The notes under the pieces: model-generated
Told to the model about the DNA's origin: nothing
Database searches by the model: none
Seen by the model: the letters and a program-made list of their open reading frames with translations, nothing else
Shown here: positions 1 to 7,555 of the stretch, in pieces
How the letters are laid out: each line of letters opens with the position of its first letter
Position numbering within the stretch: position 1 is the first letter of the stretch
Position numbers and translations under genes: made by a program
Assembly: GCA_002355455.1 (NCBI GenBank)
Contig: AP017375.1
Location: forward strand, 3,811,640 to 3,835,639
Reading direction: 5' to 3'
Source of the DNA: Stanieria sp. NIES-3757
GTDB taxonomy: Bacteria > Cyanobacteriota > Cyanobacteriia > Cyanobacteriales > Xenococcaceae
Length of the DNA stretch: 24,000 bases

Positions 1-936
1 GTTACTATTGCCTTCGTGGATCGATTGAATGATCAGATCGACATCAACATTCTGACGAGAAATTTCTCCAAACAAGCTAGCAGCTACTCCTGGACGGTCT
101 GGTACTCTAAGTAAAGCTACTTTGGCTTGATCGGTATCTAACTCTACTGCGTCTACTGCTTTGGTCAGTTCTAACCCTTCTAAAGAACGAGGTTGAGGTA
201 AAGGAGAAATAACTCTCGTACCTGGTGCATCACTCCAACTCGATAGTACGACTAAAGGAACGCCGTAATTACGAGCAATTTCCACCGCACGAGGATGCAA
301 TACTTTTGCACCCAAACTTGCCAACTCTAACATTTCATCGGCAGTAATTTCATCCATCAATTGCGCTTGAGGAACAAGTCGAGGATCGGTAGTCAGAATA
401 CCTGGTACATCAGTATAAATCTCACAGCGATTTGCTTTTAAAGAAGCAGCTAAAGCCACTGCTGAAGTATCCGAACCACCCCTACCCAAAGTAGTAATTT
501 CTAAATCTTGACTCTGACTAATCCCTTGAAATCCTGCCACTACCACAACTTCACCTGCATCGAGATGACGTTGTACCCGTTCGGTTTTAATTTGTAAAAT
601 TCTGGCACGACTATGTTCAGCTTCCGTGACAATTCCAACCTGTGCGCCAGTCAGGGAAACGGCTGGTTGTCCTAACTCCTGTAATGCCATACTCAAAAGA
701 GCGATCGAAACTTGTTCCCCAGTCGATAACAACATATCCATTTCACGACGACAGGGATTGGTAGAAATCTCTCTGGCTAAATTAACTAAAGTATCGGTGG
801 TTTTTCCCATTGCCGAGACAACTACCACTAAGCTGTTACCCTTTTGAACAGTTTGATGTACTCGTTGCGCTACCGCTTTAATTCGTTCGACCGAACCGAC
901 CGAAGTACCTCCATATTTTTGGACAACTAATGCCAT
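1..936 (-). CDS. lysC: Aspartate kinase, N-terminal 312 codons; the 3' part of the gene lies beyond the window start
   Basis: The reverse complement from the ATG at 936-934 reads [26 protein letters not shown]...[12 protein letters not shown]...[13 protein letters not shown], the classic aspartokinase N-terminus and kinase motifs. The frame stays open to position 1. It is absent from the ORF track because no stop lies in the window. Confidence 0.9.
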   Translation of the reverse strand, partial: MALVVQKYGGTSVGSVERIKAVAQRVHQTVQKGNSLVVVVSAMGKTTDTLVNLAREISTNPCRREMDMLLSTGEQVSIALLSMALQELGQPAVSLTGAQVGIVTEAEHSRARILQIKTERVQRHLDAGEVVVVAGFQGISQSQDLEITTLGRGGSDTSAVALAASLKANRCEIYTDVPGILTTDPRLVPQAQLMDEITADEMLELASLGAKVLHPRAVEIARNYGVPLVVLSSWSDAPGTRVISPLPQPRSLEGLELTKAVDAVELDTDQAKVALLRVPDRPGVAASLFGEISRQNVDVDLIIQSIHEGNSN

Positions 937-1041
937 GATCTTTTTCTCCCCGACCTACTGCAAGCATCGCCGATCATATCAAATCTGGAAGTATTTAAGT
1001 AATTTTTTATGGTAACTCTAAATTATACTTCTAGATTTAAT

Positions 1042-1062
1042 CCCTCTTTTATGACTATGGGG
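1042..1062. repeat. Terminal inverted repeat of the IS (lysC-proximal end)
   Basis: CCCTCTTTTATGACTATGGGG matches the reverse complement of 2464-2486 (CCCTCTTTTATGACTATAGGGTG). The first 17 nt are identical. Confidence 0.8.
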
Positions 1063-1074
1063 AAAAATATTGAA

Positions 1075-2430
1075 TTAGCAAGCAACAGAGAACGAATACT
1101 CTAAAAATTGACTTTGAGGAAAAGGAGAACCACGAAAGCGATTCATAATGTTGATTAACTTAGAAAAACCAAGTTGAAGATGTTGATTAGGAAATACGGA
1201 TAGCCAAGGTTGAATAAGAGAGAAAAAGATTAATGGTTGAATAATTAAGCGCAAGTTATTTAAAGAACTTTTCCAACCAGCACCAGAATCCCACGCCTGA
1301 TGATTAGAGAAAGGAAAAGAAGAAACTGATTTAAGAGTAGAGACTTGAGAATTGGCATCGGGAACAATCGTCTCTAATTGAAAATAATTAGCTTGAAGAC
1401 TTACTAAAAAATAAGTACTCATAATTAATTCCCACCAGCGTTCTATACCGTGATAATCTGTAACTCGAAAATCTGCCCAACCAAGTTCATTTTTGACTTG
1501 TTTAAACGCATATTCAATCCAGTTTCTCAAACTATATTCTGAAGCAATTGTGGTGGCAATTTTGCCTTTTTTATTCGTCATAATAAACCAAGTATCTTTT
1601 GGTTCAGGGTTTTTGTCGTCTTGTTTACTTATTTGATAGAAACGAATATGTTTTCTTGTGCCAAAAATAATTTCTCTAATGTATCTAGTTTCGCTCTTCT
1701 TTCGAGATAATTTTTGTTGATAAGCTTGCCATCGATTATATTTTTTTTTCTCATCGCCGAACATCCAAACCTTATGGTTAGAGCGAATTGCCACAATATA
1801 CTCCAGATTCAATTGCTCCAAAACTGTAATTACATCTCCACTTTCTCCATACAAACTATCAGCTAATATTAACTTGATGTTAAAGTTCCATTTTTGTAAT
1901 TCCTTGATTATTTCTACAGCTAGTTGTGGTTTGGTTTTATATGTATCTTCTGCTTTGAGGCATTTGTTCGGCTTAAATATTTTAAAAAGTAAAGGGTATG
2001 TTATTCCCTCTACTACTGCATAAGCATTAACCGACACAATTCCATTTTTTGTCTTTCCTAAATTACCAATATACTGTCTGGCTACATAATCAGTTGTTTT
2101 TCCTTTCTTGACATCTCCTGTTTCATCAATACAAAGAGTTATTTTTCTTTCTCCAATCAATAATTTAGTCAACCATAATCTAATTTCTCGTATTTTTTCT
2201 ACATTCCAATGAGCTTCAGATAGAAAATAATTTAATCCTTGACTATCTTTTAATCCTACCGCTCTTGCTATCTTTGGTAGCGACTTTCTAGGTATTTCTG
2301 ATAGCATTCCTAAATGTATTAATTTGAATGCTTCATAATTTCTCACATCAGAGAATAGCTCTTGGTAGGCTTGACAATAGTGATCGATAAAACTCACTGT
2401 TGATGATGCTTCTCTTCGTGGTGTCACCAT
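1075..2430 (-). CDS. DDE transposase, IS4 superfamily / IS701-like
   Basis: Motifs seen are CIDETGD (first D), ILADSLYG (second D) and a perfect Y-(2)-R-(3)-E-(6)-K signature in YSLRNWIEYAFKQVK. The ORF is full length with no frameshift. Confidence 0.9.
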   Translation of the reverse strand: MVTPRREASSTVSFIDHYCQAYQELFSDVRNYEAFKLIHLGMLSEIPRKSLPKIARAVGLKDSQGLNYFLSEAHWNVEKIREIRLWLTKLLIGERKITLCIDETGDVKKGKTTDYVARQYIGNLGKTKNGIVSVNAYAVVEGITYPLLFKIFKPNKCLKAEDTYKTKPQLAVEIIKELQKWNFNIKLILADSLYGESGDVITVLEQLNLEYIVAIRSNHKVWMFGDEKKKYNRWQAYQQKLSRKKSETRYIREIIFGTRKHIRFYQISKQDDKNPEPKDTWFIMTNKKGKIATTIASEYSLRNWIEYAFKQVKNELGWADFRVTDYHGIERWWELIMSTYFLVSLQANYFQLETIVPDANSQVSTLKSVSSFPFSNHQAWDSGAGWKSSLNNLRLIIQPLIFFSLIQPWLSVFPNQHLQLGFSKLINIMNRFRGSPFPQSQFLEYSFSVAC

Positions 2431-2463
2431 TTTTCATTGGGTTTTTATTTTCAATTATTTTAT

Positions 2464-2486
2464 CACCCTATAGTCATAAAAGAGGG
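2464..2486. repeat. Terminal inverted repeat of the IS (TPR-gene-proximal end)
   Basis: This is the reverse complement of the 1042-1062 repeat. It ends 16 bp upstream of the ATG at 2503. Confidence 0.8.
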
Positions 2487-2502
2487 CTAAATATCTATTT
2501 TT

Positions 2503-3201
2503 ATGAAAAAACAGTTCTTTCTGATTCTATGTTTTTACCTTTTTTCTTCTTCTCTTTTATCCTGTGTAGCATCAGATTTCGGTAATCAGACTCAAACTAA
2601 TAAGGTCAAGACAGAATCGAGCTGTAACACTGTCCATATTCAAGCTTTAACTTAAATAGTTCAGGAAGAAAAAAATCAAATTTTAATCAAACAAATAGAC
2701 GAACAGTTAAAAAAAGAATTCGGTTATTCAAGATTACCTGACAATAAAACTCTTACCCGTCAAAGATGGCGATCGCTACGTAATCTCGGTTTTGCTTATG
2801 ATGATCGAGGTATGTATGGTAAATCTTTAGAAATTTATCGACTTGGATTAGCAATGAATAGACTAGCTGGAGATTTGGAATTAGAAGGGACGGCATTGCA
2901 TGATTTAGGTTTTAGCTTCAAAAATTTAAAGCAATATCCAGAAGCTTTAGAATGTTACCAAAAAGCTTTAAGTATTGCCAAGAAAATTAGCTCGAATTTA
3001 GCTGAAGAAGCTAAAGTTGCTACTCTCAATAATATTGGTGAAGTGTATCGAAATTTAAAACAATACGAGCGGGCATTAAAATATTATCGACAAGGATTAA
3101 TGATCGCGCTTAATCATCAAGACCCTGATATTCAACCACTTTTTCAAATTTTACTTAACAATATAGAAGAAGTACAAAAATTATCAGGACAATTAATCTG
3201 A
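2503..3201 (+). pseudogene. TPR-repeat lipoprotein gene interrupted by an in-frame TAA at 2653-2655
   Basis: The ATG at 2503 opens MKKQFFLILCFYLFSSSLLSCVASD..., a signal peptide with a lipobox-like LLSC. A TAA occurs at codon 51. The same frame reopens at 2656 and runs without a start codon through TPR-like sequence (LRNLGFAYDDRGMYGKSLEIY) into the track ORF 2812-3201. Confidence 0.55.
2812..3201 (+). CDS. Tetratricopeptide-repeat protein, the minimal ATG-initiated ORF and probably the 3' part of the interrupted gene above
   Basis: There are about three TPR units with the typical A/L/Y spacing (ALHDLGFSFKNLKQYPEALECYQKAL, LNNIGEVYRNLKQYERALKYYRQGL). The M at 2812 falls inside a TPR helix. 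Confidence 0.6.
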   Translation: MYGKSLEIYRLGLAMNRLAGDLELEGTALHDLGFSFKNLKQYPEALECYQKALSIAKKISSNLAEEAKVATLNNIGEVYRNLKQYERALKYYRQGLMIALNHQDPDIQPLFQILLNNIEEVQKLSGQLI

Positions 3202-3337
3202 AAATAATTATATAAAAAAATTCTAAAAATTGTCAGTTTGATTATTGCGATCGCTCTAAACCAAGATTGAACCTGAAAAATCAGTCGAGATTGGTTAAAT
3301 TAAAAATGTTTGTTGAATATTTCTTTATTCTTTATTA

Positions 3338-3883
3338 ATGAGCCAAACAGTTTTTCGCATCTCTCCTTTAATTCGTACTACCTTATTTTGTCTATATCTA
3401 GCTTTAACTATTCCCTTACCATTTTTGGCGCAAGCAACTTCGGCACCGATTCCACCAAGCTTATTATGGGTTGGGATTATTATAGGTGCAGTAGCAGTTT
3501 ACGGTGCTGGTTGTGAAAGAGTTATTTTGGATGAAGAAAAAATTACAGTAACTTATCCTGGTTGGATACCTTCATTCTTACGTAAAGGTTGGTCTTTACC
3601 TTGGCAAGAGATTAAACAATTAAAAATGCGTACTACTGGACAGGGTGGATTGGTTTATTATTTTGTTACAGTTTCAGCAGAGCGAGCTTATTTGTTACCA
3701 ATGCGTGTAGTTGGTTTTGCTCGCATGGTTAAAATTGTTGAGGAAAAGACGGGAATTGATACTACTGATATTCGTCCGCTAGCGCAACCTTGGATGTATT
3801 TAATTTTATTTGCCTGTACTCTATTTTTATTTTTAATTGATGGTTGGACTATTTGGACAGCAATGACAAGAAGTTCAATCTAG
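3338..3883 (+). CDS. Hypothetical membrane protein with two N-terminal and one or two C-terminal TM segments around a soluble core
   Basis: The 181-aa ORF has hydrophobic stretches LFCLYLALTIPLPFL, LLWVGIIIGAVAVYGAG and WMYLILFACTLFLFLIDGW. I recognise no catalytic motif. Confidence 0.6.
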   Translation: MSQTVFRISPLIRTTLFCLYLALTIPLPFLAQATSAPIPPSLLWVGIIIGAVAVYGAGCERVILDEEKITVTYPGWIPSFLRKGWSLPWQEIKQLKMRTTGQGGLVYYFVTVSAERAYLLPMRVVGFARMVKIVEEKTGIDTTDIRPLAQPWMYLILFACTLFLFLIDGWTIWTAMTRSSI

Positions 3884-3936
3884 TGTTTCTTGCCATTTTT
3901 ATGAATATGAGTAGATTTACACTCAGGACATTGCAT
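3880..3936 (-). pseudogene. Possible relic of a transposase N-terminal zinc ribbon (18 codons)
   Basis: The minus strand reads MQCPECKSTHIHKNGKKH*. The CPxC..KNG pattern resembles the start of IS1-type zinc-ribbon transposase proteins. The rest of the gene is absent, and its stop overlaps the stop of the 3338-3883 gene (CTAG). Confidence 0.3.
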
Positions 3937-4111
3937 TTTTTCTAATTTTCACTTTTTCGCGATTGTCTGTTGAGAAAATCATTCCTTATACTAATTCTCA
4001 AAAGTAACTTTAGTTTTAAAATCGAGATTTTTAAGCAAAGCATAAAATTAGTTAACTTAGTTAAAATTTGTAAGGTATGTTTCTTTCAATATTAACTAAC
4101 TAGATATCCGA

Positions 4112-4681
4112 ATGAATTTACCCAATCAAACTATATCTAAACTGACATTGGCAGAATTCTTGGAACTTGCAGAAACTAAGCCAGAACAAGAATACTTAGC
4201 AGGAGAAATATTACAGAAGCCGATGCCACAAGGAGAACATAGTGTTTTGCAAGCTAGTTTAGTTACAGAGATTAATCAAATAGGTAAATCACAAAAATTA
4301 GTCTGTGCTTTTCCTGAGTTACGTTGTACTTTTGCAGGCAGTTCTATTGTGCCTGATGTGGCAGTATTTGAATGGCAAAACATTCCGCTACAAGTTAATG
4401 GCAAGATTAGCAATAAGTTTGAAATTGCACCAGATTGGATCATTGAAATACTATCTCCTGAACAATCAGCTAATCAAGTGATTAGAAAAATTACTTTTTG
4501 TTTGAGCCAAGGAACAAAACTAGGATGGTTGATCGATTCTAAAGATGAATCGGTGGTAATTTTTGAACCTAATTCTACTCCTATAGTTAAAGCTAATCAC
4601 GATATTTTGTTAGTTTTAGAAGTTCTACAAAACTGGCAACTCTCAGCAGCAGATTTATTTAGTTGGCTAAATTTTAGGTAA
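4112..4681 (+). CDS. Uma2 family (DUF820) PD-(D/E)xK putative endonuclease
   Basis: The protein shows the typical Uma2 layout: LTLAEFLEL...EYLAGEI...MPQGEHS near the N-terminus, then PDVAVF and APDWIIEILSPEQS nuclease-core motifs. Confidence 0.85.
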   Translation: MNLPNQTISKLTLAEFLELAETKPEQEYLAGEILQKPMPQGEHSVLQASLVTEINQIGKSQKLVCAFPELRCTFAGSSIVPDVAVFEWQNIPLQVNGKISNKFEIAPDWIIEILSPEQSANQVIRKITFCLSQGTKLGWLIDSKDESVVIFEPNSTPIVKANHDILLVLEVLQNWQLSAADLFSWLNFR

Positions 4682-4790
4682 ATAATCATTACGTTAGTTT
4701 TGGGTATCAGAGACAAAAAACCTAGATAGACAAAAGTGTTTCAGCAAAAATGATTTGTCGAACTTACAATTATTTATTGCAGAACAAGTA

Positions 4791-4816
4791 TAAAAAAATG
4801 CCCTAATCTTAGGGCT
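4791..4816 (-). terminator. Rho-independent terminator candidate for the DUF4278 gene, possibly bidirectional
   Basis: The stem GCCCTA (4800-4805) pairs with TAGGGC (4810-4815) around the loop ATCT. On the minus strand it is followed by a 7-T run. It lies about 50 nt downstream of the stop at 4868. Confidence 0.5.
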
Positions 4817-4867
4817 TAAAGTTATTGTTGTGTCGTAAAAATAAATTTTAAAAGAATAAATTAAACC

Positions 4868-5044
4868 TCAATTTCCGTAAGTCACACCGCGATACTTTTT
4901 TACAACTAATTGAAAAGTAAAGCTTACTTGAGGAAGACGAATATGATAAATATTACCAAGAAAACGAGCATAATTTTCTGAAGTAATAGTTTGAACGTGA
5001 AAATTTTTAGGTTGATATTCGACACCACGATAACGTAGATTCAT
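4868..5044 (-). CDS. DUF4278-like small protein (58 aa), not in the ORF track
   Basis: The minus strand reads MNLRYRGVEYQPKNFHVQTITSENYARFLGNIYHIRLPQVSFTFQLVVKKYRGVTYGN*. The YRGV.Y motif at both ends is the DUF4278 hallmark common in cyanobacteria. Confidence 0.7.
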   Translation of the reverse strand: MNLRYRGVEYQPKNFHVQTITSENYARFLGNIYHIRLPQVSFTFQLVVKKYRGVTYGN

Positions 5045-5219
5045 GATAGCCTAGCCCCTGAAAGTAAATTAGTTAGTTGATTTGATTTTTAATTTACGAA
5101 GCGATCGGGAAAAAGTAGAGATAATCTAAAATCCTCAATGATAAATTTTGCCTTGTAACTGGTTAACATTTAAAAAACACTGGTAACATAAACGATCTAG
5201 ACCTTTGCTGCTGTTTGTC

Positions 5220-7535
5220 ATGACTGTCAATACGGACTTTTTTAGCCATCTCAATCCTTCTCAACGTCGCGCTGTTGAACATTTTTGTGGCCCTATGTTA
5301 GTGGTTGCTGGTGCTGGATCTGGTAAAACTAGGGCATTAACTTATCGAATTGCTAACCTGATTCGCAACCATAAAGTTGAACCAGAACATATTTTAGCGG
5401 TGACTTTTACTAATAAAGCTGCGCGAGAAATGAAGGAAAGAATTGAATATCTGTTTGTGCAAGAATTGGCACAGGATAAATATGGACAAAGGTTAGAGTT
5501 TTTAAACGAATACGACCAAAAAAAACTGAAGTCGCAAGTTTATAAAAAGATTACTAAACCTCTTTGGATTGGAACTTTTCATAGTTTATTTGCTCGTTTA
5601 CTTCGTTTCGATATTAATAAATATCAGGATGAAAGAGGTCGTACTTGGAAGCGAAACTTTTCTATTTTTGACGAGTCAGATGTTCAAAGTTTAATTAAAA
5701 ATATTGTTACTAAGCAGTTAAATCTAGACGATAAAAAGTTTAATCATCGTACAGTAAGATATGCGATTAGTAATGCTAAAAACCAAGGGTTAACACCTGA
5801 AACTTATGCTAGGGAAAATGGCGGTTATAAAGGTAGAGTAATTGCTGAAGTTTATAACGAATATCAAGCACAACTAGCAGCTAATAATGCTTTAGATTTT
5901 GATGATTTAATTTTAGTTCCAGTTAGATTGTTTCAACAAAATGAATCCATTTTGGGTTATTGGCACACTCAGTTTCATCATATTTTGGTAGATGAATATC
6001 AGGATACTAACCGCACTCAATACGATCTAATTCGTTTACTTGCTACTAATGGCGAAACAAAAAAACAGGAATGGGATTGGCGAGGTAGATCATTATTTGT
6101 GGTGGGAGATGCGGATCAATCTATTTATTCTTTTCGGTTAGCAGACTTTACAATCTTGCTCGATTTTCAACAAGATTTTGGGGATGGTTTACCCGATGAT
6201 GATACTCGTACAATGATTAAATTGGAAGAAAATTATCGTTCTCGGGAAAATATTTTACAAGCTGCTAATGCTTTAATTGAAAACAATAGCCAACGGATTG
6301 ATAAAGTTTTAAAAGCAACTAGAGGAATCGGAGAACAAATTTATATTTATAAAGCGGATGATGAACAACACGAAGCTAAGTTTGTTATTAATCAACTTAA
6401 ACGAATGGTAACAGAAAACCCTGAATTAACTTGGGGTAGTTTTTCAATTTTATATCGAACTAATGCTCAGTCTCGTCCCTTTGAGGATTTATTATTACAA
6501 AATAGTATTCCTTACAATATTGTCGGTGGTTTGAAATTCTACGATCGCAAAGAAGTTAAAGATGCGATCGCGTATCTTCGGATGATTGTTAATCCTAATG
6601 ATACGGTTAGTTTACTGAGAATTATTAATACTCCCAGACGTGGAATTGGTAAAACTAGTATTGAATCTCTTAATAATGCAGCACAACAATTAGGTGTTCC
6701 TCTTTGGGAAATTCTTAGTGATGAAACTTCGGTTAATACAATGGCAGGCAGATCGGCAAAATCAGTTAATAAATTTGCCCAAATGATTTTACATCTACAA
6801 CAACAACAAGAAAACTTAACTGCTGCTGAAACTTTGAACTATGTTATGGAAGCATCTGGTTATGTTGATGATTTAAAAAAACAAGGTACAGATGAAGCGG
6901 ATAATCGCATTGCTAACGTTGTTGAATTATATAATGCGATCGTTCAATTTCAAGAAGATAATGAAGAAAATAAACTGCAAGATTTCCTTGCTAATGCTTC
7001 CCTTGCTTCCGATCTAGATAATCTTGAAGAAGGGCAAGAAAAAGTCTCATTAATGACACTTCATTCTGCCAAAGGTTTGGAATTTCCTGTCGTTTTTCTA
7101 GTCGGAATGGAACAAGGTTTATTCCCTCACAATCGTACTTTAAACGATCCTTTAGAATTAGAAGAAGAACGTCGTCTTTGTTATGTAGGCATCACTCGCG
7201 CCCAAGAACAACTATTTTTAACTCATGCTAGAGAACGTCGTCTTTGGGGGGAAAGAGAACTTGCTGTTGCCTCACAATTTTTAAAAGAACTTCCTCAAGA
7301 TTTAGTTAGTAGTAATATTAAATCTCATTACCGTGCTAAAACTGCAAATACTACAATTCAAACTAATAATTATACTTGGAATATAGGCGATCGCGTTTGG
7401 CATCGAGAGTTTGGTGAAGGAGAAATTACCCACATTTTAGGTTCAGGAAAAAAAGCCACTCTAGCAATTAAATTTCCTAGTTTAGGTACAACAAAAATTA
7501 TCCCTCAACTAACTCCAATGGAAAAAATAAATTAA
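5220..7535 (+). CDS. pcrA: ATP-dependent DNA helicase PcrA/UvrD (superfamily 1A)
   Basis: Motifs seen are LNPSQRRAVEH, Walker A AGAGSGKT, Walker B VDEYQDTN, VVGDADQSIYSFR, TLHSAKGLEF and LCYVGITRA, plus a C-terminal GDRVWHREFGEGEI domain. The ATG at 5220 is preferred over the track's TTG at 5205. Confidence 0.92.
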   Translation: MTVNTDFFSHLNPSQRRAVEHFCGPMLVVAGAGSGKTRALTYRIANLIRNHKVEPEHILAVTFTNKAAREMKERIEYLFVQELAQDKYGQRLEFLNEYDQKKLKSQVYKKITKPLWIGTFHSLFARLLRFDINKYQDERGRTWKRNFSIFDESDVQSLIKNIVTKQLNLDDKKFNHRTVRYAISNAKNQGLTPETYARENGGYKGRVIAEVYNEYQAQLAANNALDFDDLILVPVRLFQQNESILGYWHTQFHHILVDEYQDTNRTQYDLIRLLATNGETKKQEWDWRGRSLFVVGDADQSIYSFRLADFTILLDFQQDFGDGLPDDDTRTMIKLEENYRSRENILQAANALIENNSQRIDKVLKATRGIGEQIYIYKADDEQHEAKFVINQLKRMVTENPELTWGSFSILYRTNAQSRPFEDLLLQNSIPYNIVGGLKFYDRKEVKDAIAYLRMIVNPNDTVSLLRIINTPRRGIGKTSIESLNNAAQQLGVPLWEILSDETSVNTMAGRSAKSVNKFAQMILHLQQQQENLTAAETLNYVMEASGYVDDLKKQGTDEADNRIANVVELYNAIVQFQEDNEENKLQDFLANASLASDLDNLEEGQEKVSLMTLHSAKGLEFPVVFLVGMEQGLFPHNRTLNDPLELEEERRLCYVGITRAQEQLFLTHARERRLWGERELAVASQFLKELPQDLVSSNIKSHYRAKTANTTIQTNNYTWNIGDRVWHREFGEGEITHILGSGKKATLAIKFPSLGTTKIIPQLTPMEKIN

Positions 7536-7555
7536 ACCAATACTATAACTAATTT

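Larger units (their letters stand above)
1032..2497 (-). mobile_element. Complete insertion sequence, IS4 superfamily (IS701-like), with one transposase ORF and terminal inverted repeats
   Basis: A 451-aa DDE transposase ORF is flanked by inverted repeats with a 17-bp identical core, CCCTCTTTTATGACTAT at 1042-1058 and its reverse complement at 2470-2486. Weaker similarity extends a few bp on each side. The outer limits are approximate, and I could not define a target-site duplication. Confidence 0.8.

Noticed and set aside
626-847. Track ORF of 73 aa on the plus strand.
   Set aside because: It lies entirely antisense within the clearly coding lysC gene and is a shadow ORF.
2400-2585. Track ORF of 61 aa spanning the IS end and the downstream gene start.
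   Set aside because: It runs antisense to the transposase 5' end, crosses the IS inverted repeat, and is out of frame with the convincing signal-peptide ORF that starts at 2503. It is low-complexity F/L-rich sequence from AT-rich DNA.
3310-3516. Track ORF of 68 aa overlapping the start of the 3338-3883 gene in another frame.
   Set aside because: It is same-strand and out of frame with a longer, more plausible membrane-protein ORF, and its composition is low-complexity.
5205-5219. TTG start for pcrA given in the ORF track.
   Set aside because: An ATG five codons downstream (5220) gives an N-terminus (MTVNTDFFSHLNPSQ) of the usual length before the LNP.Q motif. The MLLFV extension is unsupported.
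4112-7535. Uma2 nuclease plus a UvrD-family helicase as a possible defence pair.
   Set aside because: The helicase has the full housekeeping PcrA/UvrD motif set and C-terminal domain. It is separated from Uma2 by a divergent small gene and a terminator, and Uma2 genes are scattered in many copies in cyanobacterial genomes.
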